Shown one piece after another: positions 25,346 through 37,330 of a DNA stretch of 64,000 nt (position 1 is its first letter; each line of letters opens with the position of its first letter). The stretch is from contig NC_045696.1 of assembly GCF_009834535.1 (NCBI RefSeq), positions 91,948,001 to 92,012,000 of the forward strand, read 5' to 3'. Origin of the DNA: Camelus ferus (lineage: Eukaryota). A model generated the notes under the pieces. That model worked only from the letters and a program-made list of their open reading frames with translations, made no database searches and was not told the DNA's origin. Position numbers and translations under genes: made by a program.

Positions 25346-28300
25346 CGTATTTTTCCATACTCTCAAACAGATCAAATAATGTTATCTCTATCTTGAAGAC
25401 TTGCTAGAACTTGCCAGTAGACCACCTAAACCTAGGCCATCTCTTCATCTATGATTTATTCCATGTACTACTTCCTAAATTCATAAAAGTCAATCTGTCT
25501 GCTGGACTTTGGATTCACCTTGGGATATTGCTTCTCAAGAGGACCCACTTGTCTTCATGATTTCTAACCTTAGGAAAGAGTTCTGTTTTGTTTCCTGTTT
25601 TAGCAAACACAGCCATGGCTTCTTATGTGTCTAGAATGGCAAAATCAGTCAACTGTTTTTGTGTTCCCTCTTGGTCCCACAGTGCACTTTTAACCAATAT
25701 AAGTGAAATACAAAGTGTGAGTGTACTTTTAAAGAAAAATATATCAAATATTTGAAATGAATATTGTCCTGATGTTAGATAACCAGATATATAAGTTGTG
25801 CATTTAGTCATTTGTGGGTTTTAAAAGGAAGTTGGTTAGTGCACCTATAAGTTTTATGCATTCTCATCACATATGTTCAAATATCTGATCATTAAGTCTT
25901 GCATTCTCTTGGAAGGAACAGCCTGGAGGATTTTCTGTAGTGAAACGGTTAATGGATTAATTCAACTCAAAGATGAGTAATCTCTTAAAGGCATAAGGGG
26001 CTGTGAGTAAGAGATACAAAAAAAAAAAAAAAAAAGCAAAAATACAAGAATAAAACCACCTCCAGAAATCAGGCATACAGTACAGAATTTTTTTACTATA
26101 AAATTTATTTTATGCTGCAAATTCCTACATGTCCTCAATAAATGGATATAGATTTGTTACAGGGAAAACAATATGACTGTTCAGAGAATGATGAAAGCTT
26201 AGTTTTAAGTAGGATGAGTCATTTAAAAAAAAAAAAAATCCAGAAGGGTCTCATTCACCAAGAGCTGAATCTTTCACAAGGTTTAACTTTCACACTTGAG
26301 CAATTTCTATAATTGCTACAATTGCCACCAGGCCTTCATGCAAATCTTCTGATTTTCCTAAATGAGAATTGCTAGCAGTTGCTTGTCAGTCACGTGTGTG
26401 ACATGACTTACCTAGTCTGAATTATACACAACATCTAGCCAGCATTGTACTCAAAAAGGACCGTAAGCCTGTTAGCATCTTTCCCCAGGTCCAGAGAGTT
26501 TCAGAAATCTTTGAAGCTGATGGTGCAATGGAGCAAAGCTTTCTGTTCAAAGCAAGCTGATTAAGCCTCATTCCAAGCACACCCTTCCCTTGTTGCTAAA
26601 TTGAGCTCCATTTCTTCTCCCCACCTTATTTGGGAAGATGCCATCCAGTGGGATCTTCCCAAATAACACCCAATAGAGTTATATCTCCTATAGCATTTTT
26701 AATGACTGAGCATTAAGAACCAGAGTCTAAACTGCACCCAGGAGCTCATGAAATCTGCTCTATGTGCCTGCTTAGGGAACACAGCAGGGGATTTTCTGTC
26801 TTAAGTAGCAAGGCACGCCATGCATCTGGAATGAGAAGCAGGCCCTGAAATGTTCACAGCATGTTGCAGCTGAATGTTTTCTCTCTTCTTTAGAAGATAA
26901 ACTCTTCTTCAGAAGTTTTGATTTGTTTTCTCTGAATTTCAAAAATCCAAACAGGGAGGGGGAGACAAGTCAAGCAAGCAATTTCATAATGTTTCTTATG
27001 CAGAAGCCACTTTCCCGCAGACAGGCCTTTGTGTTTGCAAAGCTTTACTCTGCTGCATCACAAAACATGGAGATGAGCCTGTGAAAATCCCTGAAGGGGA
27101 GTGATGAAGATGGAGCCAAGGGGAAATAACGTTATATCAAGTCTTAGGCCTAAAAACTGTGCCTGCACCAGTCCAGAAAAACTGGAGAATTCTTGCCCTT
27201 TTTTAAAAAATTCCTAAAGTTCTGTTTCTTTTTTTTTTTTTTTTTGACCAAACCATGAAGAACCACAACATTTCCCAAATGAATCACAGAAAATCCACAG
27301 TTCTTAGCATTTATTTTTAAATAACACATGTAGTCGTATTATGGAGAGTCATAAATAGCATATATAAATCTAAAAATCTAGGCATTAAAAAAATGTATAG
27401 TCTTTCATCTTTAATTCCAAGGAAATGCTGAGAGCTATTTATTTTTGAAGATCAGCATTATTTTGGTGACAACCTTTGAAGGTTTTCCTTTACTGGTCAG
27501 AGTGATTCATCTTGCCCTGACTAAGGCAAACCCAAGACAGGCTTGCTGATTCTTTAAGAGGTAGAGCCCGGGACACTTGTTAGTAAACACTTTTTCTTGT
27601 CAGAAGCTAATTATTTTTGATGTGTGGTTTTTATCAAATACCTTCTGAAGAAACTGCAATGTCTTTCCTGAATTCTTCCTTTGCAAGAGTCTGTTTCTAG
27701 GAGTACATCCAATCCTAGGTAATAGTTTCTCATTTTGTGTATTTTACATTTGCTTTTCTATTGATTTCCATAGAAATAGTGCTTGCCTTTCTGCGAGGAG
27801 TACAGGAACCAAGGCTCTGATGTGACCCCTGGTAGCAAAAGCAGGTCCACACAGATGTGGTGCAGTTTCCTGGCTCTGAAACATCTGTGAGCACACAGAA
27901 CTCTCTTGACTTTTCAGTCTCAGAATCAGTGGATTTATTGGGATGGCGCTGACATAAAAAATGAAATGAAACATCTGCGTCTAACAGCTGCACAAAATTT
28001 GGACTCATGTAAACTGGTCTGACATCACATGTTCTGCATGTGAGTTCCGTGAGTGTTCTCCATGTGGTGCTAATACATTAACATGCCTACCAAGTCCCTG
28101 TGGTTTATGGCATGATGAGCTCCAGAGCTGAGGAAATAAAGCCAGGAAGCCTACGCCATTTGCTGAAGGGAGGTGCCTTTGGGTAACGTCTCATTCTCAC
28201 TGAGCTACTCAGGTTCACTAGAGACAAGAAGCTCTGCTGGGCACAGTACCAGCAATAAGCTTTATGTGGGGGATTTTGGACCCCTCTCCTTGGAAAGGGT

Positions 28301-30264
28301 GGGAGAGAGGTCTTACAACGTTTCTTGCTTTCCTCTATAGAAAAACAGATGTGGGAGTGTAAAGGAGTTGCTGAAGCCAGCTGACCCCTCCCCGGCAGTC
28401 AGGAAAAGGCAGGTAGAAAGAGCAAGAGCACATAATGGCTCAACACAAAATCCTGGCAAGACACGGCAATCCTTTGCTGGGAGGCTGGAGTCCTGCCCAG
28501 GGCACACGGTGGCATCGCTCAGATCAGTGACACCCCACACTGATCCACAGCTAAACAAAAGCCGCACGTGTTCTCTTTCGTCTGCAAAAGGCAGGCCAGG
28601 TGGGTGGGGGGCGGGTAGAGGCATTTGGCAAGCAGCTCCTGTAGCTCTGACAGGCTCTACGTGTGGCCTAGAAAAAATTCTGTTCTTATTTAATTTTTTT
28701 TAAAGACTCAAAGTCACTTGTTTATCTGTTGGCCGATGAACCCCACAGAGGGAAGACTTTTGGAAAATATTTAGCAGCAGCTTGGCTTTCCCTGTTTGCT
28801 CAGTGTATTGTTGGATTGCTTCCCTTGCCATCGGTTTCTAGGCTCAGAGACACTGCAAGTGTAGCGTTATGAACAGATCCGTCTGATAGACTCCCAAGGT
28901 CAATGATCTTATAGAACGGGGCACCTCTCTGCATGAAAGAATTCGTAAATGGAGAGAGCATGTTGGGGTCCCTCATAGCTTAGAGTGGCACCTGTTAGCT
29001 GTGTGTGCTAGTGCGTTCTAGCTCAGTTGGACACTATAAATACACAGAGCAGAAAGAGATCTACCTGAATTTCAGGAACTGCAAAAGTGGAGACAGAGGA
29101 TCTTTGGGCCCAAGTGAGGATTTTCATAGTCTGAGGAAGGGAGAAAAAAAGAAGGTAGGGATAGGAGAAGTCTCAGTTCAAGGGAGCAATGAGCATTCTC
29201 AGAGTGCTATAAAGCATTTCAAAATACAAAAAAACAAAAACAAACAAACAAAAAAAAAAACCAGTGCTACCTAGCTATTTTTTTTCCTCCAATGACACGT
29301 ATCTTTAATTTTTAAAAATCATCAGCAGAACAGAATTACATTGATAGAAAATCGCTTTGTACACAATTTTACTAAAATTTATTCCACACTGTAAAATTGG
29401 AAACACCTATGATTTTAATTGACACAAGCAAAATACAAGTAAAAAGGTAAGTTGAATACTGGACACGTTATGTAGTACATTGTAAGGCCAGTTTCAAAAT
29501 TCTCCTTTATTTTGACCATTGATGCCCTTACTCTCCTCCATCACGATGGGCGATGTGGAGATGATTGTCAAAGAAAAGCAAATAGGTTTATGAGGAATTC
29601 TGGCCTCATCTCCTGGGGCCCAAGGTGGTGACTTAGATCCACCCCACTGCAGCTGAGATCAGAGAGTCTCTTTTGGAGTTCTCTCCAGATTCTACAGCCT
29701 TCTCTAATTGCCTCAACTGGAATTAAACAAACTCCACAGCATTAATAAACTGTGTGGCCACATCTGCCTCTGCCAGGCATACTGTGGCCCTGATGCGTGC
29801 TGTCAGGTTACCACACATTAATTATCTTTCAGGTTTTCTGCACATTCTTTTCCAAACAAGGCAGGCCTGCCAACTTGTCAACAGGGCACTATTCTCTAAA
29901 AATGATTTTACTTTCTTTTTGCCTTGAGAATGCCCACAATGACTTTCTCAGAGACCTGGGAACAGAAGCAAGATTGTACCTTTCACTGCCTCTTTAATTT
30001 AAAGGAGGGAAAAAAAACCTCTGTAAGCTAATATGTAGCTTCATTGGTGATTATAGTATTGCATGCCTTTCTGATTTAAACTAGAGAACAACAAATGTCA
30101 CCCTTCTCAGCTGGTAGAGAAGGCAAAAACACGCAGGTGGATGGTGTGCAATTTAAGCAGACTTGGGAAAGAACTAATCCGTGTTTGGAATTCTCCACTG
30201 GAAATGTGTTTTGACAGTTCTCTGGTAATTTCCTGTTTTGGTTTGCCCACCTCATGTTAATGCA

Positions 30265-30660
30265 TGAGGCAGCATGATATAGCTGGAAAAGCACGGGTTT
30301 TGAGGTCAAGTGTCCCAGTCCTGTCACTTTCAGCTAGGCTGGTGGGTCACCTACGTCTCTGAGCTTCAGGTTTTACAGCTGATAACTGGGGTAATGGGAC
30401 CTAACTCAGTGAGTTGCTGTGAGAAGTAAAATGATAGTGAATTTAGAAGTGCTTCCTATTGCTGCCTGCTACATGCAAATTACTTAATTTCTATGCCTCG
30501 ATTTCTTCATCTGTAAAATGAGAGTAATAGTACCACCCCCATCTGCTGAGCTGTGGTGAGGAGTGCATAAGTTAATACATGCAAAGTGCTTAGAATAGTG
30601 CCTAGTATATAGTGTGCTAGTACATACTTAACTCCAAGTGTTTTCTGTTACTTCTATTTA
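30265..30660 (+). mobile_element. two adjacent MIR fragments
   Basis: gaggcagcatgatatagctggaaaagcacgggttttgaggtca... and tgcctcgatttcttcatctgtaaaatgag...gcaaagtgcttagaatagtgcctagtatatag. Confidence 0.8.
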
Positions 30661-30944
30661 TCAGATGATGTAGATGTTATTTTTTCAGGTGTACTTCACT
30701 TTATACTAATTTAAATACAGCAGAACCTATATTTATAATTCAACTATTACTGAGTATTTTGTGCAAAGCACTAAGGTTAGTGCTATATACAAATATAAAT
30801 TGGGGAATGGTTATCTATTTTGCAAAAGGAAATAGCAAGGCAATGCTTCAGTTCAAGAATTCACTTTGTCAGTACCCACTATTGTTTTCAACACAAGATA
30901 AAATACAGAAGATATGTAACACATCCTTCAAGGAGTGTTTCAAA

Positions 30945-31232
30945 TACATTTTTTTATTCTGCATGGTCATTGTAGAAAATTTTAGAAAATACTTATAAAC
31001 AATAATAACAACAATAATAATAATAATAATATAAATTTGAAATCACCTATATTGACACCACCAAGAAATAGCTATGTCTCACATTTTGGTTTAAATTGTT
31101 TGGGGGTGTGTGAATGTGTGTGTGTGGAGGTGTACACACACACACAATTGGTATCATATTGCTTTTTAAAATTTAATAAGTCATAAACATCTTTCCATGT
31201 TTCTATTCTCCTCTCTTTATTATTCATTTTAA
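30945..31232 (-). mobile_element. L1ME-like 3' end (host of nested L1MD; resumes 36855-37025)
   Basis: catggtcattgtagaaaatttagaaaatac...aatcacctatatt...acattttggt...aacatctttccatgt. Confidence 0.7.
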
Positions 31233-34200
31233 AATATTTTATTTTGAGGTAGCTTTGGATTTAAAGAAGAATGGCAGAAATAATGCAGTCATTCTGGGAG
31301 ACTATGCAAATATCCTGTTTCTAGTTAAATATTTGCCCACTCTTTTGAGCATACATTGGTGGATCTTGCCTGCAAGCAATGATTAGTGTGGTGTTTTGAT
31401 GGTGATTTTCTATTTCCTTCATGCCTTCTGCATTTATTAATTGGTATTCTTCTCGGAGGAAGAGCTGTTCCTTCTCTCCCATTTATTTATTTAATCATTT
31501 ATATCCATGTGGACTTGTGGACATTGATTTTATTCTTTTCATTATAATCTAATATTGTACTATTCCTTTTTCTTTTGCTGTTCAAATTGTTCCATCGTTG
31601 ATTACTGGGAGCTCTTTCAGATGGTTCCTGTGCATCTTTTATGCTGCTTACACTCAGACACCACAGATGCTCCAGGCTCATCCACTACCCCAGCCCCTGG
31701 AATCCAACAGTTCTCCAAAGATCCCTGATCTCTTCTATTGGAGACTGGTATTTAGAAACCAGTACCATGGGGAGTTGGATGTTCTCCTTGTTACTGTGGT
31801 GTCATTGTTTATAACCCCTCTCAGTGCAGAGAGCTAGGAATACGTGCATGTGTGTGTGTGAAGTATACACTAATTTGTGCATACAAACATATCTATATTT
31901 CTGTACCAATTTATCTGTATATGTTAAAAAATTTTTTTAATTTAACATTTAAAACATGGGTCCATATTGATACATCTGAAACCAATTGAGCACCACAGGA
32001 GTCATTAGAGCCTTCACTGTGTCCTTACATGTCACTTCTTTCTCCAATAGCAAGAAACCTGACTCTGATTACCAACAATATATTTAGTTATTTGTTTAAC
32101 CCAAGCAGTGTCAGAATTCCTAGCCCATCCCCCTGTGAGAAACAACTGAAGTGCAGTGTTTATGTTTGGTGCTTCAGCCTTCTATCAAATCAAAACACTG
32201 TTTTTCTAAAGTTACTTAGGTCAGCTCCTTTTTCCCCATCCCCTTCAGTGTGCTTATGTGATTCATTTGTAATAAGTTAAATGCATTTGTCACAATTTGC
32301 ATTCCATCTTTCTCCCACATTCTGGTAGATTTTTTTTAACATGTAGTAAAACTCACTTTTTGTTACCATTCTACCAAATTGGGCAAATGCATAGAGTAGT
32401 ATTATGAACCATCATTTTATACACAACAACTCCATCAGCCCAAAGTTTCTCCTGCTAGTCCTATACAGACAACCCTCCCCCAAGCCCTGATCCATCAACT
32501 ACTTGTCTATTTTCCTTCCTATGATATTACCCTTTCCAGACTGTCATGTGAATAGAATCAAACAATTCTGGGTCTGTCTGCTTTCACTTTGCAAAAATGC
32601 AGGTAAGATTCATGCCTGCTGTCTTGTGAATCAATAGTTCATCCTATTTTATTGCTGGAGGCATTCTATATATGGATATACTACAGTTTGTGGAACATCT
32701 AGGTTGTTTCCAATTTTAAAGCAACTATGAATATTTATTTACAGGTTTTTGTACAAACATGTTTTCTTTTCTTTTGGATACATACCTGGGAGTAGGATTG
32801 CTGGGTCAGATAATAGATAAATGTTTACCTTTATAAGAAACAGCCAAGTTGTTTCCCAAAGTGGCTGTACCATTTTGCATTTTCACCATTTTGCATATTG
32901 CCAGGTTATTACATTTTAAATATTCAAATAGGCATATTGTGGTACCTTATTGTGGCTTTAATTTATATTTCCCTAATGATTAATGATATTGAGCACTTTT
33001 TCTTATGCTTATTTCTCATCTGAATATGTTCTTTGGTAAAATATATGTTCAGACCTTTTGCCTGTTTTTAAGAATTAGATTGTTTTCTGATTGTTGTGTT
33101 AGTCTTTGGCACACAGCATGATGATTCAGTTATACACACACACACACACACACACACACATGCTTTTTCATTATAGGTTACTATAAGATATTGAATATAG
33201 TTCTCTCTGCTATACAGTAGGACCTTGTTGTTTATCAATTTTGTATATAGTAGTTAATATCTGAAAATCCCATACTCCCAATTTACCCTTTCCCTGCTTT
33301 CCCCCTGGGTAACCATAAGTTTTTCTATGTCAGTGAGTCTAAGTTCATTTGTGTCATTTTTTAGATTCTACATATAAGTGATATCTTACAGTATTTGTCT
33401 TTCTCTTTCTGGCTTACTTCACTTAGTATGATAATCTTTAGGTCCATCCATGGTTCTGCAAATGGCATTATTTCATTCTTTTTATGGCTGAGTAGTATTC
33501 CATTGTGTATATATGCCACATCTTTATCCATTCATCTGTCAATGGACATTTAAGTTGCTTCCATGTCTTGGTTAATGTAAATAGTGCTGCTGTGAACATT
33601 GGGGAGCATGTATCATGTCAAATTAGAGTTTCCTCCAGATGTATGCCCAGAAGTGGGATTGCTGAATCACATGGTAAGTCTGTTTTCAGTTTTTAAAGGA
33701 ATTTTCATACTGTTTTCCATAGTGGCTGCACCAACAAAAATCTTTTTTAACTTCCCTTGAGACTTTCTCTCTGGTTCATAGATTATTAGAAGAGGGTTGT
33801 TTAATTTCCAGTATTTGGGGATTTTCCAGATATCTTTATGTTACTGATTTCTAGTTTAATTTCATTATGGTCTGAGAACATACTTTGAATGGTTTCTATA
33901 TTTTAAAGGTCATTTTATTTCACAGAATATGGCACATATTGGTGAATGTTTCATGTGTAGTTGAAAAGAAAATACATTCTGCTATTGTTGGATGGAGTGT
34001 TCTATATGTGTTAATTTGGCACAGTGGTTAATAGTGTTCAGGGGTTCTATTTCCACAATCTGTCTGCTTCTTTTATTAATTACTGAGAGATAATTGTGTA
34101 TTTTTTTTCCTTTCAGGTCCATCTCTTTTTGTCTCAAGTCTATTGAAGCTGTGCTGTTAGGTGCATTCACAAGTTAATTCGTTATGTTTTCCTGGAAAAC

Positions 34201-36854
34201 GAAACCATTTATCATTATGTAGTATACCTCTTTATCCCTGATAATATCTCTTGTTCTGAAGTTTACTTTGATAGCATAGCTACTCCAACTTTTCTTTTTG
34301 ATTTGTGTTTGCATGGCATAATTTTCTTCATCTTTTTATTTTTAATCTATCTGTCTTTATAATTAAGGTGAGTTCACTTGTTCCATCTGTCCTTTTTTCT
34401 TTCTTTTCCTGCCTTTTCTTGTGTTGAGAATTTTTTTTTGTTCTATTTCATCTCCCCTACTGAATTATTATTTATTTTTCTTTAAATATATTTTTAGTGG
34501 TCTCTTTAGGGTTTGCAGTATACATCTCTAATTAACCTGAGTCCACCTTCAAATATGATACTTTTTAATGTGTTATATAAGGACCTAGCAGCAGTATAAT
34601 CTCAACTCCTCCCTTCCATCCTTTATGCTATTATTTTTATACCTTTCACTTTTACACGTGCTGTGAAGGTAGAATACATGCCACTATCATTGTTTTCAGT
34701 AATGAAAAGTTATCTTTTAGAGCAATCAAAAATAAGAAAAGAGATGAATTTTATTTTTCCCTTATTTATGTATTCCATTTCCAAGTTCTTCATTTCTCTG
34801 TGTGGATCTAACCTTCAGTCTAATATCATATTATTTTTGCATGAAGAGCTTTCTTTAACATTCCTTATGGAGTAGGTTTTCTAGTAATAAATTCCCTCAA
34901 TTTTTGTAAGTCATTAAAATTCTTTCTTTTTTGAAAGACATTTTTGCTGGATATAGAATCCTGGGTTGACAGGCTTTTTTGTTTTTGTTTTTGTTTTTTT
35001 TTTCTTTTAGCAGTTTAAATATGTCACTTCTCTGTCTTCTGGCTTGCATTATTTCTGAGAAGAATTCTGTTGCAGCTCTTCTCTTTGTTCCTCTGTATGT
35101 AATGTTTCTTTTTCTCTGGCTGCCCTTAATGTTTTTCCTTTGTCATTGGTTTTCAGCAGTTTGAATACTACGATATACCTAGGGATGTATGTGTTGTGTT
35201 ATCTGATTTGTGCTCTCTGATTTGTGGTTTAGTGTTTGCAATTAAGTTTAGGTAACTCTTAGTCATTATGTCTTCAGATGTACCTTGCTTCCCCCTCTAT
35301 CTCTTCTACATTTAGGGTTCCAATTATGCATATGTTAGAATGTTTAATAATGTCCTATAACTCTTGGATGTTAGTTCTGTTTGCCTCCCACTCTTATTTG
35401 CCTTTGTGTTTCATTTTTGGTAATTTATATTGACCTATCTATCTTCAGATTCACTGCCCATCTGTCTGAGTCTATTGATGAAACTGTGTAAGGCAGTCCT
35501 AATCTCTGTTATTGTGTTTTTCATTTCTAGCTTTTTGATTTGATTCTTTCTCATTTTTTCTATCACTGATTAAATTAGTCATCTGATCTTGCATGTTGTC
35601 TATCATTTTCACTAGGGTCATTAACATATTAATTATAGCTACTTAAAATTCCTTGTCAGATAGTTCCAACATGTGTATCATAACTATCTGATTCCAATGT
35701 TTACTTTGTTTCTTTGGAGTGTGTTTTTTCCTTGCCTTTGTGCCTTGTAATTTTCTGTTGAGAGCTGATCATGTTGTGTAATGTTAGTAGGGCCTGGAAT
35801 AAGTAGTTTTTAAGTCTTAATATGAGGGTACCTTTCCTTCTATTAGGCTTTTAATGTAGTGACTTGAAGCAATCTAGGTTTGGGTTGCTATGCTGATTCT
35901 CAATGTATCACAGGCTTTAAATTCTTATAGAGATACCTTGTGTTCAGGTTGGAAGTGAATTTACCAGAACAAGATCTGCTTGATTCTGAATTTTAGGTCT
36001 TCTCCTTGCATTGTACCTTAGCAAGAGTGTCTTTGCTTGCTCTTGTGTCTCTCCCATCTCGCTCTCTCAGTAATATTCTACTGCTACTTGTCATTCAAGT
36101 AATTTGTTGCCAGCTTGCAGTGGGGGAGGTATAGTGTGGGAATCTGTTCTCTGTGTTCTGAATAAGCTTCAGTCTTAGGTGTGCACCATATAGGATATGG
36201 CCTTTCGGTTCTCGTCCTCCGCCCTGGCTGTGTTGTGTGCCCAGGGTGTGAGGCTATCCCTCCTTGAGTTTTCCCTTTGGCGCCTTTCATCCACTTGCAA
36301 TGAATTTTCTCCAAAGCCTCAGGGCAGCTGTGCTTGGTGCCCTTTCCCTCTATAGAGTAAGGCTATCTTCCCTATCAGAGGTGGGAGAGATGGACCCAGC
36401 CAGTGTTTCTGGCCCTTCCCACAAAACTGCTCTACCACCCTCCTAGCTCTACAACATGCTGACCTAACTTAGGGCTTGTCCCAGTCTTTTTTGTGAGGAT
36501 CTGCTGGGGTTGTGGAGAAAGAGCCTGAAAGAAGTGTAGAATCCTCCAAATTCTGTGGCCCTCTAGGGTTTCACACTTGCCTGTTAGCCTGTATTCCATC
36601 TTTACCAATTTATCAGCTATTTTATTTGAACTCACTTACTGGTGTCTGGTGGCATCTACTACCCCCGGTGAGTACTTTGCATTCCCTTTCTCTCTGCAGA
36701 CATTATCCCTTCTTAGGTTTTGGGCCTGTAGTTTGCTTTGCAACTTCAGCTCTTTGACAAGTTAACGTAGAGAAGTTGTGATTTTTGACATTAATCCAGT
36801 TATTCTTAGTAAGGGTAAAAGTGATGCCCCTTCTAGCTCTTTCCATCCTTCCCT
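31233..36854 (-). mobile_element. L1MD-like element spanning 3' UTR to 5' UTR, with internal deletion
   Basis: L1MD 3' UTR (gttcaaattgttcca...tgggagctctttcag), ORF2 pieces, ORF1 (35300-35790) and a 5' UTR homologous to 20990-21140. Flanking TSD ttcattttaa (31223-31232 / 36855-36864). Confidence 0.8.
33096..33735 (-). mobile_element. younger cetartiodactyl/camelid L1 3' fragment nested in L1MD, lacking its poly(A) end
   Basis: Highly similar to 41720-42370 (tacagtaggaccttgttgtttatc; tttatggctgagtagtattccattgt). Contains (AC)13 at 33134-33160. Confidence 0.88.
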
Positions 36855-37159
36855 TTCATTTTAACGACTGAACTGTATTCTATTAAATGAATATGTAATC
36901 TGCTTTTTAAAACCAATCCCAGTCCCTTATTATTGTGCTTTTAGACAATTTTCCATTTTTTTTTTTTGCTATTATAAGCAAGGTTGAATCACCCTTGTAG
37001 ATAAATCTGTCTTTGATTACTTTCTAGTCATTTACAACCTAATTAGAGAGAACAGGCAAGCATATCAGGAACAATTAAGTAATGATGTAAGATATAATGA
37101 ATGCCCAAATAGCATTCTAGGATGCAATAATGACAAGGAGTCATAATGGAATTATAACG

Positions 37160-37330
37160 TTGCCTCACATCTGTGTAGAACTTAATATCATTCACACTTA
37201 TTAAACCTTTTGATCTTAACAGTAATGCCCTGCTTTCCCTGTTGGGAAAATAAGAACTAGAGGACTTCAGAGGGTTAACTCAGGGCCACACCGCTACTAA
37301 GTGATGGAGCTAGGACTTGACTCAGTATCT
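37160..37330 (-). mobile_element. MIR
   Basis: ttcagagggttaactcagggccacaccgctactaagtgatggagctaggacttga. Confidence 0.65.

Noticed and set aside
29200..29275. Orphan A-rich tail flanked by agtgcta (possible tail-only retroinsertion)
   Set aside because: The 7-bp match is too short and not flush with the tail; simple A-rich slippage is equally likely.
31105..31146. (TG)n...(CA)n inverted microsatellite hairpin (also 58970-59005)
   Set aside because: Common decay product of the TA/TG/CA-rich segment of L1 3' UTRs.
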